Assembly: GCA_043804415.1 (NCBI GenBank)
Contig: JAZDJA010000297.1
Span: 3,911-67,910, forward strand
Direction: 5' to 3'
Length of the DNA stretch: 64,000 nt
Source: Candidatus Latescibacterota bacterium
Lineage (GTDB): Bacteria; Latescibacterota; 4484-107
Positions 39,734 through 48,961 of this stretch are shown here, piece after piece (positions within the stretch are counted from its first letter, which is position 1; each line of letters starts with the position of its first letter). The translations under genes and the position numbers were made by a program. The notes under the pieces are model-generated. The model had not been told where the DNA came from. It did no database searches and was given only the letters and a program-made list of their open reading frames with translations.

Positions 39734-40217
39734 AATTTCCTCCAAAATAGGCGGAGATGTTGTCGCAGAGATCATCGTGCGGTCGCAGAGCCGCAACGCA
39801 AGAACGCAATCACCCAGCGGGCAAATTGGGAAGCACGGATTGGGTCTGAAAAACGAGTCTTCGTGGGTTGGGTGGGCAGAGCGTGTGAGAAGAGATCGCG
39901 CTCAATGGTTCCAGTTTCTCGTGCCATGCCGCTGGCCGTTTCCGGTTGAATGCGCATCAGATTCTTGATCTTCTTGGGAAGGAGCACGGTATATGGAAGG
40001 ACTCCGAACGAAACGTAGCCCCTCTTGTGCGGTACAGAAGACTCGGGAAGGGAGGGCGGGCCTTGCCCACAGTCCAGCGCGCGGAAAAGGGGGTACGGCC
40101 TTCGACGCCGGCACGCATCTCAGGGATCGGATGAGGAAAGGGTGCTCCGATGTCCTCGCGGGAGTTCCCACCCCATTCGATGCCGCTTCCTCCCTGCCTT
40201 TGCACGCCCCGTCTCTT

Positions 40218-41294
40218 CTAGGGCTTTTCCGGTGCAGACGGATCGGCCCGGTGAAACCGTTTCCGCACCAGATTGGCTCGCAGGGCATCGCGCCTGGCCG
40301 GATCCAGGTTTTTGCCGGCTCGTTGTTGGAGATGGGAGGGTTGGGTGGTTACCATCAGTTCGTTTAAGATCCGAATGTCCGGTCTGGAGATTATGCCCAT
40401 CGAGACTCCCAGTCGCACGGCGGAAGCAAGGTTCATGAACTCCTGGCTCGTAAGCAGTCTCGCATTTTCCAGGATGCCAAACGCCCTCCAGATTTTGTCC
40501 TCGATCTGGAAACGGGCTTCTCTCATAAGTTTTGCCCGGGCAAGTTCTTCGACGCGAATAAGTTCCAGGCTGACTTTTTTCAGATGGTCGATCGTTTCCT
40601 GCTCGTCTTGGCCGAGTGTTCTCTGGTTGGATATTTGGAACAGGTTTCCGATGATCTCAGAGCCCTCTCCATAGAATCCCCGAGCCACCAAACCCAACTG
40701 AGAAATCCCCCGAAGTGCGGCGTCCTTTTGGCGGGTCAGAACGAGTCCAGGAAGATGAATGAGGACAGAGGCTCTCAATCCCGTTCCCACATTGGTCGGA
40801 CAGGTCGTCAGATAACCCCACTTTTCCGAATAGGCATAGGCCAATGAGTCCGAGAGTTCGTCGTCCATCCGATTCACCAGCTCCCAGGCCTTTTGTGGCG
40901 AGAAGCCCGATTGAATGGTCTGAATCCTCAGATGGTCCTCCTCGTTGATCATGACGCTGCACCGTTCCCGATGCGCCACCAAAACCCCCCGATGCCCGCG
41001 GACCTTTGCCAGTGCGGGGCTGATCAGATGGCGTTCCACCAGAACCTGGCGGGGAATCTTCGGGAGATGGGAGGTGTCAAAAAAAGAAGCCTCTCTCAAG
41101 ATCTCAGAGCGCACCCCGGCCGCCAATACCTCTGCCGAAATCTCCGAAAGCTGGTTCTCCTTCGCCCGATGAACGAACGGAAACGCCCCAAGGTTCCGGG
41201 CCAACCGCACGCGAGTGCTCACTACCAAGTCGGCATGCGAGCCCGTTCCGTCAAGCCATGCGGCCATGTGATGGGAGAGATCTTCCAAGGTCAT
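40218..41294 (-). CDS. mcsB: Protein-arginine kinase McsB (phosphagen-kinase fold)
   Basis: The product begins MTLEDLSHHMAAWL... and contains the active-site motif CPTNVGTGLRASVLIHLPGL (CPxNxGTxxR). Confidence 0.88.
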   Translation of the reverse strand: MTLEDLSHHMAAWLDGTGSHADLVVSTRVRLARNLGAFPFVHRAKENQLSEISAEVLAAGVRSEILREASFFDTSHLPKIPRQVLVERHLISPALAKVRGHRGVLVAHRERCSVMINEEDHLRIQTIQSGFSPQKAWELVNRMDDELSDSLAYAYSEKWGYLTTCPTNVGTGLRASVLIHLPGLVLTRQKDAALRGISQLGLVARGFYGEGSEIIGNLFQISNQRTLGQDEQETIDHLKKVSLELIRVEELARAKLMREARFQIEDKIWRAFGILENARLLTSQEFMNLASAVRLGVSMGIISRPDIRILNELMVTTQPSHLQQRAGKNLDPARRDALRANLVRKRFHRADPSAPEKP

Positions 41295-41340
41295 CGGTGA
41301 CCTTCCGAATCTGGGCAAAGGGAGGACGAGGGATCAGGTC

Positions 41341-41871
41341 TCAGGGCGTATCGTCTCTCAGGATCTCTGATGCCATCGGTTCTTGAGCCATGGCTGCAAT
41401 CCGGTCCCGAAGGCGAGCCGCTTCCTCGAATTCCTCCTGCTGAATAGCCTGTTTGAGTGCGACCCGCATGGTGCCTATTTTCTGGCGCCGCTTCGCCGCA
41501 AAAAGTTGTGCGGCCGGAACTTTTCCGGTGTGGGAGGTGTTCCCGTGAACGTTCTTGAGTATCTGCTCCAGCGGCTCTGCAAAAGCCCGGTAGCACGCTT
41601 CGCATCCCAGTCGTCCCTTTGCCTTAAACTCCGCATAGGACCACCCGCACGAGGGGCACGTTCCTGCGGGCTCTTCCCCCTCCTCGTTTTGGCTCGCGGC
41701 GAGTGCTCCCGCTATCAGACTGTTCACCGAACTCTGGATGGTTTCCAGGGAAATGGTCAGTCCCCGTTTCTCCGCACACGTTTCACAAAGGTGCAGTGCC
41801 GTTTTCTCATTCTTGACAATCTGGGTGAACAGCACCACGGCCGGCTTTTTCCCGCACATTTCACAGGTCAT
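41341..41871 (-). CDS. mcsA: Protein-arginine kinase activator McsA
   Basis: The product has two CxxC...CxxC zinc-finger pairs (CEMCGKKP...CETC, CPSCGW...CEAC) and a UVR motif (QEEFEEAARLRDRI). It lies directly upstream of mcsB-clpC. Confidence 0.85.
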   Translation of the reverse strand: MTCEMCGKKPAVVLFTQIVKNEKTALHLCETCAEKRGLTISLETIQSSVNSLIAGALAASQNEEGEEPAGTCPSCGWSYAEFKAKGRLGCEACYRAFAEPLEQILKNVHGNTSHTGKVPAAQLFAAKRRQKIGTMRVALKQAIQQEEFEEAARLRDRIAAMAQEPMASEILRDDTP

Positions 41872-41966
41872 ATCGTACTTTCATCTTTCCTCGAGCGAAT
41901 GCCGAACAAGGCGATGAGTGGGTCAGGGCCCCAGTCGTCAATACACGCGTATCCGGCACCCAAGCG

Positions 41967-42764
41967 CTATATTGCCTCAGCGGCAATTTTCCCGTTCTTC
42001 ATTCGGATCACGCGGTCTGAGTTACTCGCTAACTCCAGGTTGTGTGTTACGATGACAAAGGCTTGCCCAATCGATCGGGACAGATCCCAGATCAATTCGT
42101 GGAGCGCGCAGCTGTTATCTGCGTCGAGGTTTCCCGACGGTTCATCCGCAAAGACCACCATGGGGTGGTTCACCAATGCCCGTGCCACAGCGACCCGCTG
42201 TTGTTCTCCCCCTGAGAGTTCGCTGGGTCTGTTCTGGATTCGGCTGGACAGCCCCACCCGCTCCAGCAACTCCTCGGCGGGCTTTCGTGCCTCTGTGGTG
42301 CCTATCCCTCCGATCAACAAAGGCATCATCACATTTTCCAGCGCGGTAAATTCCGGAAGCAGGCGGTGAAACTGGAAGACAAAACCGATCGTCTTGTTCC
42401 GAAAACGGGCAAGCTCTTCGTCTGACAACTCGAAAACGTTTGTTGAGTCCAACGTAACTTCCCCCTCGGTTGGACGATCCAGGGTGCCCAGAATGTGTAG
42501 TAACGTGCTCTTTCCGACTCCGGAGGGGCCCACAATGGAGATGATCTCTCCTCTTCCGATCTTCAGATCAATGCCCCTGAGCACCTCTAAGGTCTGCTCT
42601 CCCGCGCCGTAGTGTTTGGTTATTCCCTGTGCCGAGAGCACCCATCCCTGGTTCCTCCCGTCCTTCGGTAGAAAGGGAGTGGGCGGCCCGTTTGCAGCCC
42701 CGCCGGAGGAAAAGGGCATTTTTCGTGCTTTTTCGGGTTCTGCCTGTTCCAAAGGCTTACTCAT
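41967..42764 (-). CDS. lolD: ABC transporter ATP-binding protein of the LolD/MacB family
   Basis: The ATG at 42764 (MSKPLEQ...) overlaps the lolE stop by a few nt. Walker A (GPSGVGKST), the ABC signature (LSGGEQQRVAVARA) and Walker B are present. Confidence 0.85.
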   Translation of the reverse strand: MSKPLEQAEPEKARKMPFSSGGAANGPPTPFLPKDGRNQGWVLSAQGITKHYGAGEQTLEVLRGIDLKIGRGEIISIVGPSGVGKSTLLHILGTLDRPTEGEVTLDSTNVFELSDEELARFRNKTIGFVFQFHRLLPEFTALENVMMPLLIGGIGTTEARKPAEELLERVGLSSRIQNRPSELSGGEQQRVAVARALVNHPMVVFADEPSGNLDADNSCALHELIWDLSRSIGQAFVIVTHNLELASNSDRVIRMKNGKIAAEAI

Positions 42765-43992
42765 AGCGGATGGCCTCCACCGGATCCATGGAAGCCGCTT
42801 TCCGGGCCGGATAGAGCGACGCCAGGATACAGATTCCCAGACTTGCCGCAGAGACCCAGACAAAGTCGAGCGCGCGCATATCGATGGGCACGGCGTTGAT
42901 AATGTAGATTTCGGCGGGAAGGCTGATCAGCTCAAATTGATCCTGAACCCAGCAAAGGGCAAAACCTATGATCGCTCCCAGCATCGTTCCCACTATGCCC
43001 ACCACGAGCCCTTCAAGCATGAAGATGCGCTTGATGCTTCGGGCCGTGGCTCCCATGGATTTGAGAATCCCGATGTCTTTGGTTTTCTCCATCACCACCA
43101 TAATCAGGGTGGAAATGATGTTGAACGCCGCGACCATAACGATCAGACTGAGCACGATGAAGCTTCCCCATTTCTCCATCGTCATCCAACTGAACAACTG
43201 CCGATTGATCTGCGTCCAGCTCCGGGCGTAGTAGGGATACCCCAGCGCATCGGAGATCCGTTCTCCCACCCGATCGGCCAGATACAGATCGTCCAGTTTG
43301 ACCTCCAGCCCGGTTACGGCTTTCTCCAGCCCAAAAATCCGTTGCGCAGCTTCGATGGAGGTGATGGCCAGCGCCGCGTCGAACTCGTAATAACCGATTT
43401 CAAAGATCCCGGTCAGCACAAAACGCCGCAGTTTCGGCATGGTCATCATCAAGCCTGGCTGCATATTCTGCAGCGTCGCCACATAGATCTCATCTCCGAT
43501 GCCCACCCGCAGGCGACTCGCCAAGCCGCTCCCCAACAGGATCGGAGGGGCGCTCTCCTCTGAAGTGGTTTTCAGGTCAAGAGTTCCCGCCACCAAGTGT
43601 TGATCGAGGTCGTACATGGCTTGCATGGCGCCGGGATCCATGCCCTTGACCGTTCCGCCTCCACGGCTTTCCTTGGAGAGCAGCATCGCCTCTCCGAATA
43701 CGTAAGGCGAAACCGCCGCGACGTGATGAATCTTGGCGACCTGGGACATCAAGACCGGGTATTCTTCCATCGGCAGTCCGTGAAACCGCTGCACCCGGAT
43801 GTGGGCATCCATTCCCACCAAGCGCGTACGCACCTCGGTGGCAAATCCATTCATCAGAGAGAGCACAATCACCAGTGCGGCCACGCCCACGGCCACACCC
43901 CCGATGGAAATATAGGTGATGATGGAGATAAACTGCACTTTGCGTTTGGACTTGAGGTATCTCTTGGCTATGAAGAATTCGTAGGAGGGCAA
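42757..43992 (-). CDS. lolE: Lipoprotein-releasing system permease (LolC/LolE, FtsX/MacB type)
   Basis: The 411 aa product starts MPSYEFFIAKRYLKSKRKVQFISIITYISIGGVAVGVAAL. It has a MacB-type periplasmic domain followed by an FtsX permease domain. Confidence 0.85.
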   Translation of the reverse strand: MPSYEFFIAKRYLKSKRKVQFISIITYISIGGVAVGVAALVIVLSLMNGFATEVRTRLVGMDAHIRVQRFHGLPMEEYPVLMSQVAKIHHVAAVSPYVFGEAMLLSKESRGGGTVKGMDPGAMQAMYDLDQHLVAGTLDLKTTSEESAPPILLGSGLASRLRVGIGDEIYVATLQNMQPGLMMTMPKLRRFVLTGIFEIGYYEFDAALAITSIEAAQRIFGLEKAVTGLEVKLDDLYLADRVGERISDALGYPYYARSWTQINRQLFSWMTMEKWGSFIVLSLIVMVAAFNIISTLIMVVMEKTKDIGILKSMGATARSIKRIFMLEGLVVGIVGTMLGAIIGFALCWVQDQFELISLPAEIYIINAVPIDMRALDFVWVSAASLGICILASLYPARKAASMDPVEAIRYE

Positions 43993-44372
43993 TGAATTGT
44001 TCCCTTTTCCCTTCCCCGGTCAGATACTGGAAAGCAGGCAGCAGATGGAAGAACGGCAGGAAGTCGGACTGTGAAGGAACGAGAAGTGGAGAAAGTGAGA
44101 GCGTGAGAAAAGGAGAAATTGGGAAACCCCGGAAATGTTCATGAGGGTACTCATCTTCTCGCTATTCCACTTTCTCTGCTTCTTTGCCACCAAGGTCCCA
44201 AGTTACCTGGACGGGGATCTGTTCTTGGTGTCATCGGATCTATCGGAAAACCAAGCCCGGAAGACCGCTCCATGCCACCACCTATTCCTCAATCCGGGGC
44301 ATGATGGGAAGCCAAGGAATCCATTCCATGGGAGGAGTGGTTCTTGAAGATACTCCGAATGGCCTGGTGGCT

Positions 44373-44407
44373 GGACCGGAGACTCTTGTCTTTACAGAGT
44401 CCGGTCC
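44373..44407. other. Stable stem-loop in the lysS-lolE spacer, possibly a terminator for lysS
   Basis: The sequence is GGACCGGAGACTCT-tgtctttac-AGAGTCCGGTCC, a 12 bp stem with a 2-nt bulge. There is no clean U-tract on either strand. Confidence 0.4.
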
Positions 44408-44432
44408 CTTTGGACCACCTTGACAGGCCTGC

Positions 44433-45980
44433 CTACTCCGGCCGCATCTGCGGAAAGAACAGTACGTCCCGGATGGAGGGGGCATTGGTAAGGAACATCA
44501 CCAACCGATCGATTCCGATCCCCAGTCCCCCTGTAGGGGGCATCCCATATTCCAGCGCACGCAGAAAATCCTCGTCCAGGGTCTGTGCCTCGTCGTCTCC
44601 CATTGCCTGCAGTCGGGCCTGTGCCTCGAATCGTTCCCGCTGATCGATCGGATCGTTCAGCTCCGAGAAGGCGTTGGCAATCTCACATCCGTTCACAAAC
44701 GCCTCGAATCGCTCGGTCAGCGCTGGGTTGTTTCGGTGTCGCTTGGCCAGGGGCGCGGTCTCCACCGGATAGTCCGTCACGAACGTGGGCTGAATCAGAT
44801 GCGGCTCCACATATTTCTTGAAGATCTCGTCGATCATCTTCCCCGATCCCATCCTGCTGTCGACTTCCACATCCAGCCCGGCGCACGTCTTTCGCATGGC
44901 ATCCTCTGAAAGGCCCGCCACATCGATCCCCGCATATTCTGCGATCGCCTCCAGCATCGTCACCCGCTTCCACGGCGGCGAAAAATCAATTTCCGTTCCC
45001 TGGTATGCCACGGTCAGCGATCCCACCACCTCCTGGGCAACATGGGAGACCATCTCCTCCGTGATGCGCATCATGTCCCCGTAATCCGCGTAAGCCTGAT
45101 ACAGCTCGAGCAGGGTGAACTCGGGATTATGAGACCGATCCATGCCCTCGTTTCGGAAATCCTTACAAAACTCGTATACCCGCTCGAATCCGCCCACGAT
45201 CAGGCGTTTGAGGTAAAGCTCGTCGGAAATTCGAAGATAGAGATCGAAATCCAGCGCATTGTGATGGGTTACAAAAGGCCGCGCAGAAGCGCCTCCATAC
45301 AAAGGCTGCAGGACCGGTGTTTCCACCTCCATAAAATCTCGGTTGTCCAGAAAACGCCGCATCGCAGAAACGATTTTCGTGCGCAGCTGAAAGGTCTGCC
45401 GGACCTCGGGGTGGAGAATCAGATCCACATACCGCTGGCGATAGCGCAGTTCTTTGTCCGATACCTCATCGAAGGTGACCTTCTGTCCGCCCTCCATTCG
45501 TTCCTTCTCAATGGGGAGCGGCCTTAATGATTTGCAGAGGATCTCGATGCCTTGGGTCTGGACGGTGATTTCCCCGGTTCGGGTCTGAAAAACTGTGCCC
45601 TCAACGCCGATCATGTCGCCGATATCCAGGAGCTCGTAGAGCGCAAAGAGCTCTTCCCCGAGCGTATCTTTGCGAAGGTAGATCTGAATTCGTCCCGCTC
45701 CATCCTGCAGGTGGGCAAAACTCGTTTTTCCATGCCCGCGGACGGACATCAGCCGTCCGGCGATTCGCACGTTGTCATTAGACGCGGATAACTCCTCAAA
45801 GTTCCCGATAATACCGGAAGAGAGATGGGTCGCCTCGAAGCGATAGGGGTAGGGGTTGATTCCTTTCTCCCGGATCTGGGTCAGCTTTGAGAGCCGCTGC
45901 AAAAAGAGGTCATTTTGTTCGTTCAAAGGGTTCTCCGGGTTCGGATGAAAGGGAGTTGCGTCACTGGGATTATCAGTCAT
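44433..45980 (-). CDS. lysS: Lysine--tRNA ligase (class II)
   Basis: The 515 aa product has an OB-fold anticodon-binding domain and class II motifs (FRNEGMDRSHNPEFTLLE, GGLGIGIDRLVMF). Confidence 0.93.
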   Translation of the reverse strand: MTDNPSDATPFHPNPENPLNEQNDLFLQRLSKLTQIREKGINPYPYRFEATHLSSGIIGNFEELSASNDNVRIAGRLMSVRGHGKTSFAHLQDGAGRIQIYLRKDTLGEELFALYELLDIGDMIGVEGTVFQTRTGEITVQTQGIEILCKSLRPLPIEKERMEGGQKVTFDEVSDKELRYRQRYVDLILHPEVRQTFQLRTKIVSAMRRFLDNRDFMEVETPVLQPLYGGASARPFVTHHNALDFDLYLRISDELYLKRLIVGGFERVYEFCKDFRNEGMDRSHNPEFTLLELYQAYADYGDMMRITEEMVSHVAQEVVGSLTVAYQGTEIDFSPPWKRVTMLEAIAEYAGIDVAGLSEDAMRKTCAGLDVEVDSRMGSGKMIDEIFKKYVEPHLIQPTFVTDYPVETAPLAKRHRNNPALTERFEAFVNGCEIANAFSELNDPIDQRERFEAQARLQAMGDDEAQTLDEDFLRALEYGMPPTGGLGIGIDRLVMFLTNAPSIRDVLFFPQMRPE

Positions 45981-46160
45981 CAGTCAGAAGGTTGCCACAA
46001 ACCTCGGATCGATCAGGGATATTCGGGAGTCCTTCCGGATCGTTGCCAGGAAAACGAGATGCTAGGCAGATATTTGCGGAAAGATAACAAAATCCCTCCC
46101 TAAAGTCAATAGCGAAAAGGGCGCCAATCGGAAGCGGCAAGGAGCGATCTTGGTCTCCTT

Positions 46161-47259
46161 TTAGGCCTCTTTCCCACTTAGATACGCGTAGATGAAGGCA
46201 TCAAGTTTCCCATCCATCACGGCTTCCACGTTGCTCGTTTCCTCGCCGGTGCGATGATCTTTCACCATGTTGTAGGGATGGAACACATACGAGCGGATCT
46301 GGTTGCCCCACTCGATGCGCTTTTTCGTGTCTTCTACCACATCCTGTCGTTTCTGCTTTTCGTCTTCGTGGAACTGATACAGTCGTGCGCGCAGAATCTT
46401 CATCGCGCTCATTCGATTCTTGTGCTGCGACCGCTCGTTCTGGCACTGCACCACAATCCCGGTCGGAAGGTGCGTGATGCGCACGGCCGAATCCGTCTTG
46501 TTTACATGCTGTCCGCCGGCCCCGCTGGAGCGATAGGTATCCACGCGAAGCTCCGAATCGTTGATCGCCATCTCGACAGCCTCTTCCACTTCGGGATACA
46601 CGAACACCGATGCAAAGGAGGTGTGTCGCCGATTCTGCGAGTCAAACGGCGAAAGACGCACGAGGCGATGGACCCCCGCCTCCGCCTTCAGATAGCCATA
46701 CGCATACTTCCCGGTCACCTCCACTGTTACGCTCTTGATCCCGGCTTCATCTCCCGGCTGAAGGTCCATCAGTTCCCGTTCAAATCCCCTGCGCTCGATC
46801 CACCGCATATACATTCGGAGGAGCATCTGCGCCCAATCCGCAGACTCCGTTCCGCCTGCTCCTGGATGGATGGTCAGGATGGCGTTTTTTTCATCGTGTT
46901 TGTCGGAGAGCATATTCTGAAACTCCAACTCCGCAAGGCCCTTTTCCAGGGCGTCCGCCTCCGTCCTTACCTCGGCCATGGCCTCGCCATCTTCCTCCTC
47001 CGCCGCAAGTTCAAAGAGTATCATCAGGTCTTCCCGCTGATTCTCCAGTCCCTGCCATGCTTCCACCCAGTGCTTATGCCCATTGACCTCGCTGATGGTT
47101 GCCTGTGCGCTCTCCCGATCCTCCCAGAAACCCGGAGCGCTCATCGGCAGTTCCAGACGAGCAATCTCCTCCTTCCGCCTTTCGACGTCAAAGGTACCTC
47201 CGCAGTTTGGCCAACCGTTCCCCGAAATCCACCAACGTCAATTCCAATTCATCCGCCAT
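46161..47259 (-). CDS. prfB: Peptide chain release factor 2, with a programmed +1 ribosomal frameshift
   Basis: Frame 0 starts at the ATG at 47259 and encodes MADELELTLVDFGERLAKLRRYL, then the in-frame TGA at 47190..47188 within CTT TGA C. A +1 shift gives DVERRKEEIARLELPMSAPGFWEDRE... continuing to 46161. The product is 365 aa in total and carries the SPF and GGQ motif regions. An SD-like GGAGG lies 3 nt upstream of CTT. Confidence 0.9.
47187..47199 (-). other. The prfB +1 frameshift site (AGG-TAC-CTT-TGA-C)
   Basis: This is the canonical autoregulatory RF2 recoding cassette: an internal SD-like element, a CUU slippery codon and a UGA-C poor stop context. Confidence 0.85.
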
Positions 47260-47323
47260 TATCCATTCTCCTCTGAATGGGAGTGGGGAAGTGGTGACTG
47301 GTAAAGCCAGTGCACACCACAAC

Positions 47324-47776
47324 CTACTTCCTGAAATGCAGATGGCTTGCTTTGGCCATCCGGGGTATTTTGAATACCATTTCTCCGCGAATTTCCCCGC
47401 CGGGCTCCAGCGGAAATTCCGATCCGGGCGCCATAAACAGCGGAGAGGACGCCAAGGCCAGATGCTTGGTCTGGGTTGCGTCCACCAGCTGAAAATTGCG
47501 CTGTCCCAGTATCAGCTTCTTCACTTCCTCCTTGGACCCTATCGTGACGTAGAGCCGCACGTACTTCCATCCCTCCTCCACGGGCTCGCCGTCCAACTCG
47601 TGTTCCTCACGAAGTTTTTCCACGCTCACCGCAATGTCTGTGGTCTTGCGGGTATTCCTGGACTGGTCGAATACGCCGCCGAGGGTTTTCGTCAGGTCCA
47701 TAGAACGCAGGGAGAGCATGATCCAAAGAAGTACCAACAAAACGCCTGAATACACGACGATGCGAATCGTCCTCAT
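47324..47776 (-). CDS. Hypothetical membrane-anchored protein
   Basis: ORF 47324..47827. One N-terminal transmembrane segment (IRIVVYSGVLLVLLWIMLSL) is followed by a beta-rich domain of about 110 aa. I recognised no family; DUF4352-like is only a guess. Confidence 0.45.
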   Translation of the reverse strand: MRTIRIVVYSGVLLVLLWIMLSLRSMDLTKTLGGVFDQSRNTRKTTDIAVSVEKLREEHELDGEPVEEGWKYVRLYVTIGSKEEVKKLILGQRNFQLVDATQTKHLALASSPLFMAPGSEFPLEPGGEIRGEMVFKIPRMAKASHLHFRK

Positions 47777-48961
47777 GATCCTTTTTCTACGCTGGCGCCT
47801 TCGATCGTCCTCGAGCGTTCTCAACATCCGATCGCACCTCCGTGTGCTTGGTTGTCTGCCGATAGGGGACCTGATTCGTCATTTTGCCGAACCCTTCCAT
47901 GGGTTCCATAGCCCCGGCCTGATTAGGGGAGAATCCGCTTTCTCCAGGGACTTTTCATAAAGGATAGACAATCGAATATAACCCATAATCGCTTTCCGGT
48001 CAAGCGAAAAGTGCGTCTCCAGAGGACAAGGGGGCGGCATCGACTCTTCTGTCGAGCGAACCAACGGAAAAAGGATTTGCATTCTCGCGCTTATGTGTGT
48101 ATCTTAGAGAGTAGTCTCGAGTATTCCAAGGCCTGGGGACCCTCTTTTATCCAGGCGGATCAGCAGGGAAAATGTGCAGTTATACGACATTTGTTCAATC
48201 CCCAAAGATTCCCGGCTCCCCCAGGTGCATGCGAGTGTGCCTCGCGGCCCAAATCTTGGGGCCATCGCATTTTGGAACGCGCTGGTTTTCGCGGATGTCG
48301 TTCTGTAAATCCCGCACTGCGGTAGAAGCCCCAGCCGGCAGCGCCCTATGGATAGTGAGTAAGATGCCCCTTTTTCGGCCATCCGTGCAGGGGTGGCAGG
48401 GCGCAGCATCCCGCAATACCCGTGTTGAGAGAGCGGGAAGGCATGCCTTATGTGCGACATGATGGCCGATCCCGGGCCGGTCGCGCTGTTGTCTTCTGAT
48501 CCCGAGTCGGATGCTTTCCGCTCCGTATTCCTGCGGGTCGAGACATTCCCGAGCACCCACCACTCCGCAAGGGTACGCAGCCGTTTCGCTCCATGACCGT
48601 GTCGAACATCCGGTCCCCGATGGCGAAGAGCGGGAGCACTTGCGGGCGTGTGAGGTCGTTTCCGATTTTCCTGCCCAGCCCAATGGGAACGAGGACGACT
48701 GACAAAGAGGAGGATTTCGGCTCGGCTCGAATGCTGCGCGAATCCGGTTTGCGTTTCTCGCCAAGGTGCGCAGGCCGATCTCGGAGGTGGCGAATCTCAA
48801 AGAGAACCCAGGTCCCAGACAGCTAGCATGGAGCGCATTTTCCTGTATATACAAGGTCGGGATAAACCGATCACTCCATACCGGGGGGATAAGAAAGGCT
48901 CCCTTCAAAATGCGGCGGCGGCGACATGCTGTTGGCGTGTTTTGTAGATTGGGTTTTGAGT

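Noticed and set aside
41872-41966. CtsR operator (GGTCAAA direct repeats) or a sigma-54 site upstream of mcsA
   Set aside because: There is no tandem GGTCAAA/TTTGACC pair. TGGGTGCcggatacGCG has the GG...GC spacing but a poor -24 hexamer.
47828-48961. Search for tRNA, tmRNA, RNase P RNA, SRP RNA and TPP/cobalamin/SAM riboswitch signatures in the 1.1 kb spacer
   Set aside because: The conserved cores were not found on either strand: GGTTCGAATCC-type T-arms, the P4 AGGAAAGTCCGGGC/ACAGAACCCGGCTTA segments, the SRP AGGTCAGGTCCGGAAGGAAGCAGC segment, and the TPP CTGAGA box. Only loose partial resemblances occurred (for example ATTCCCGGCTCCC).
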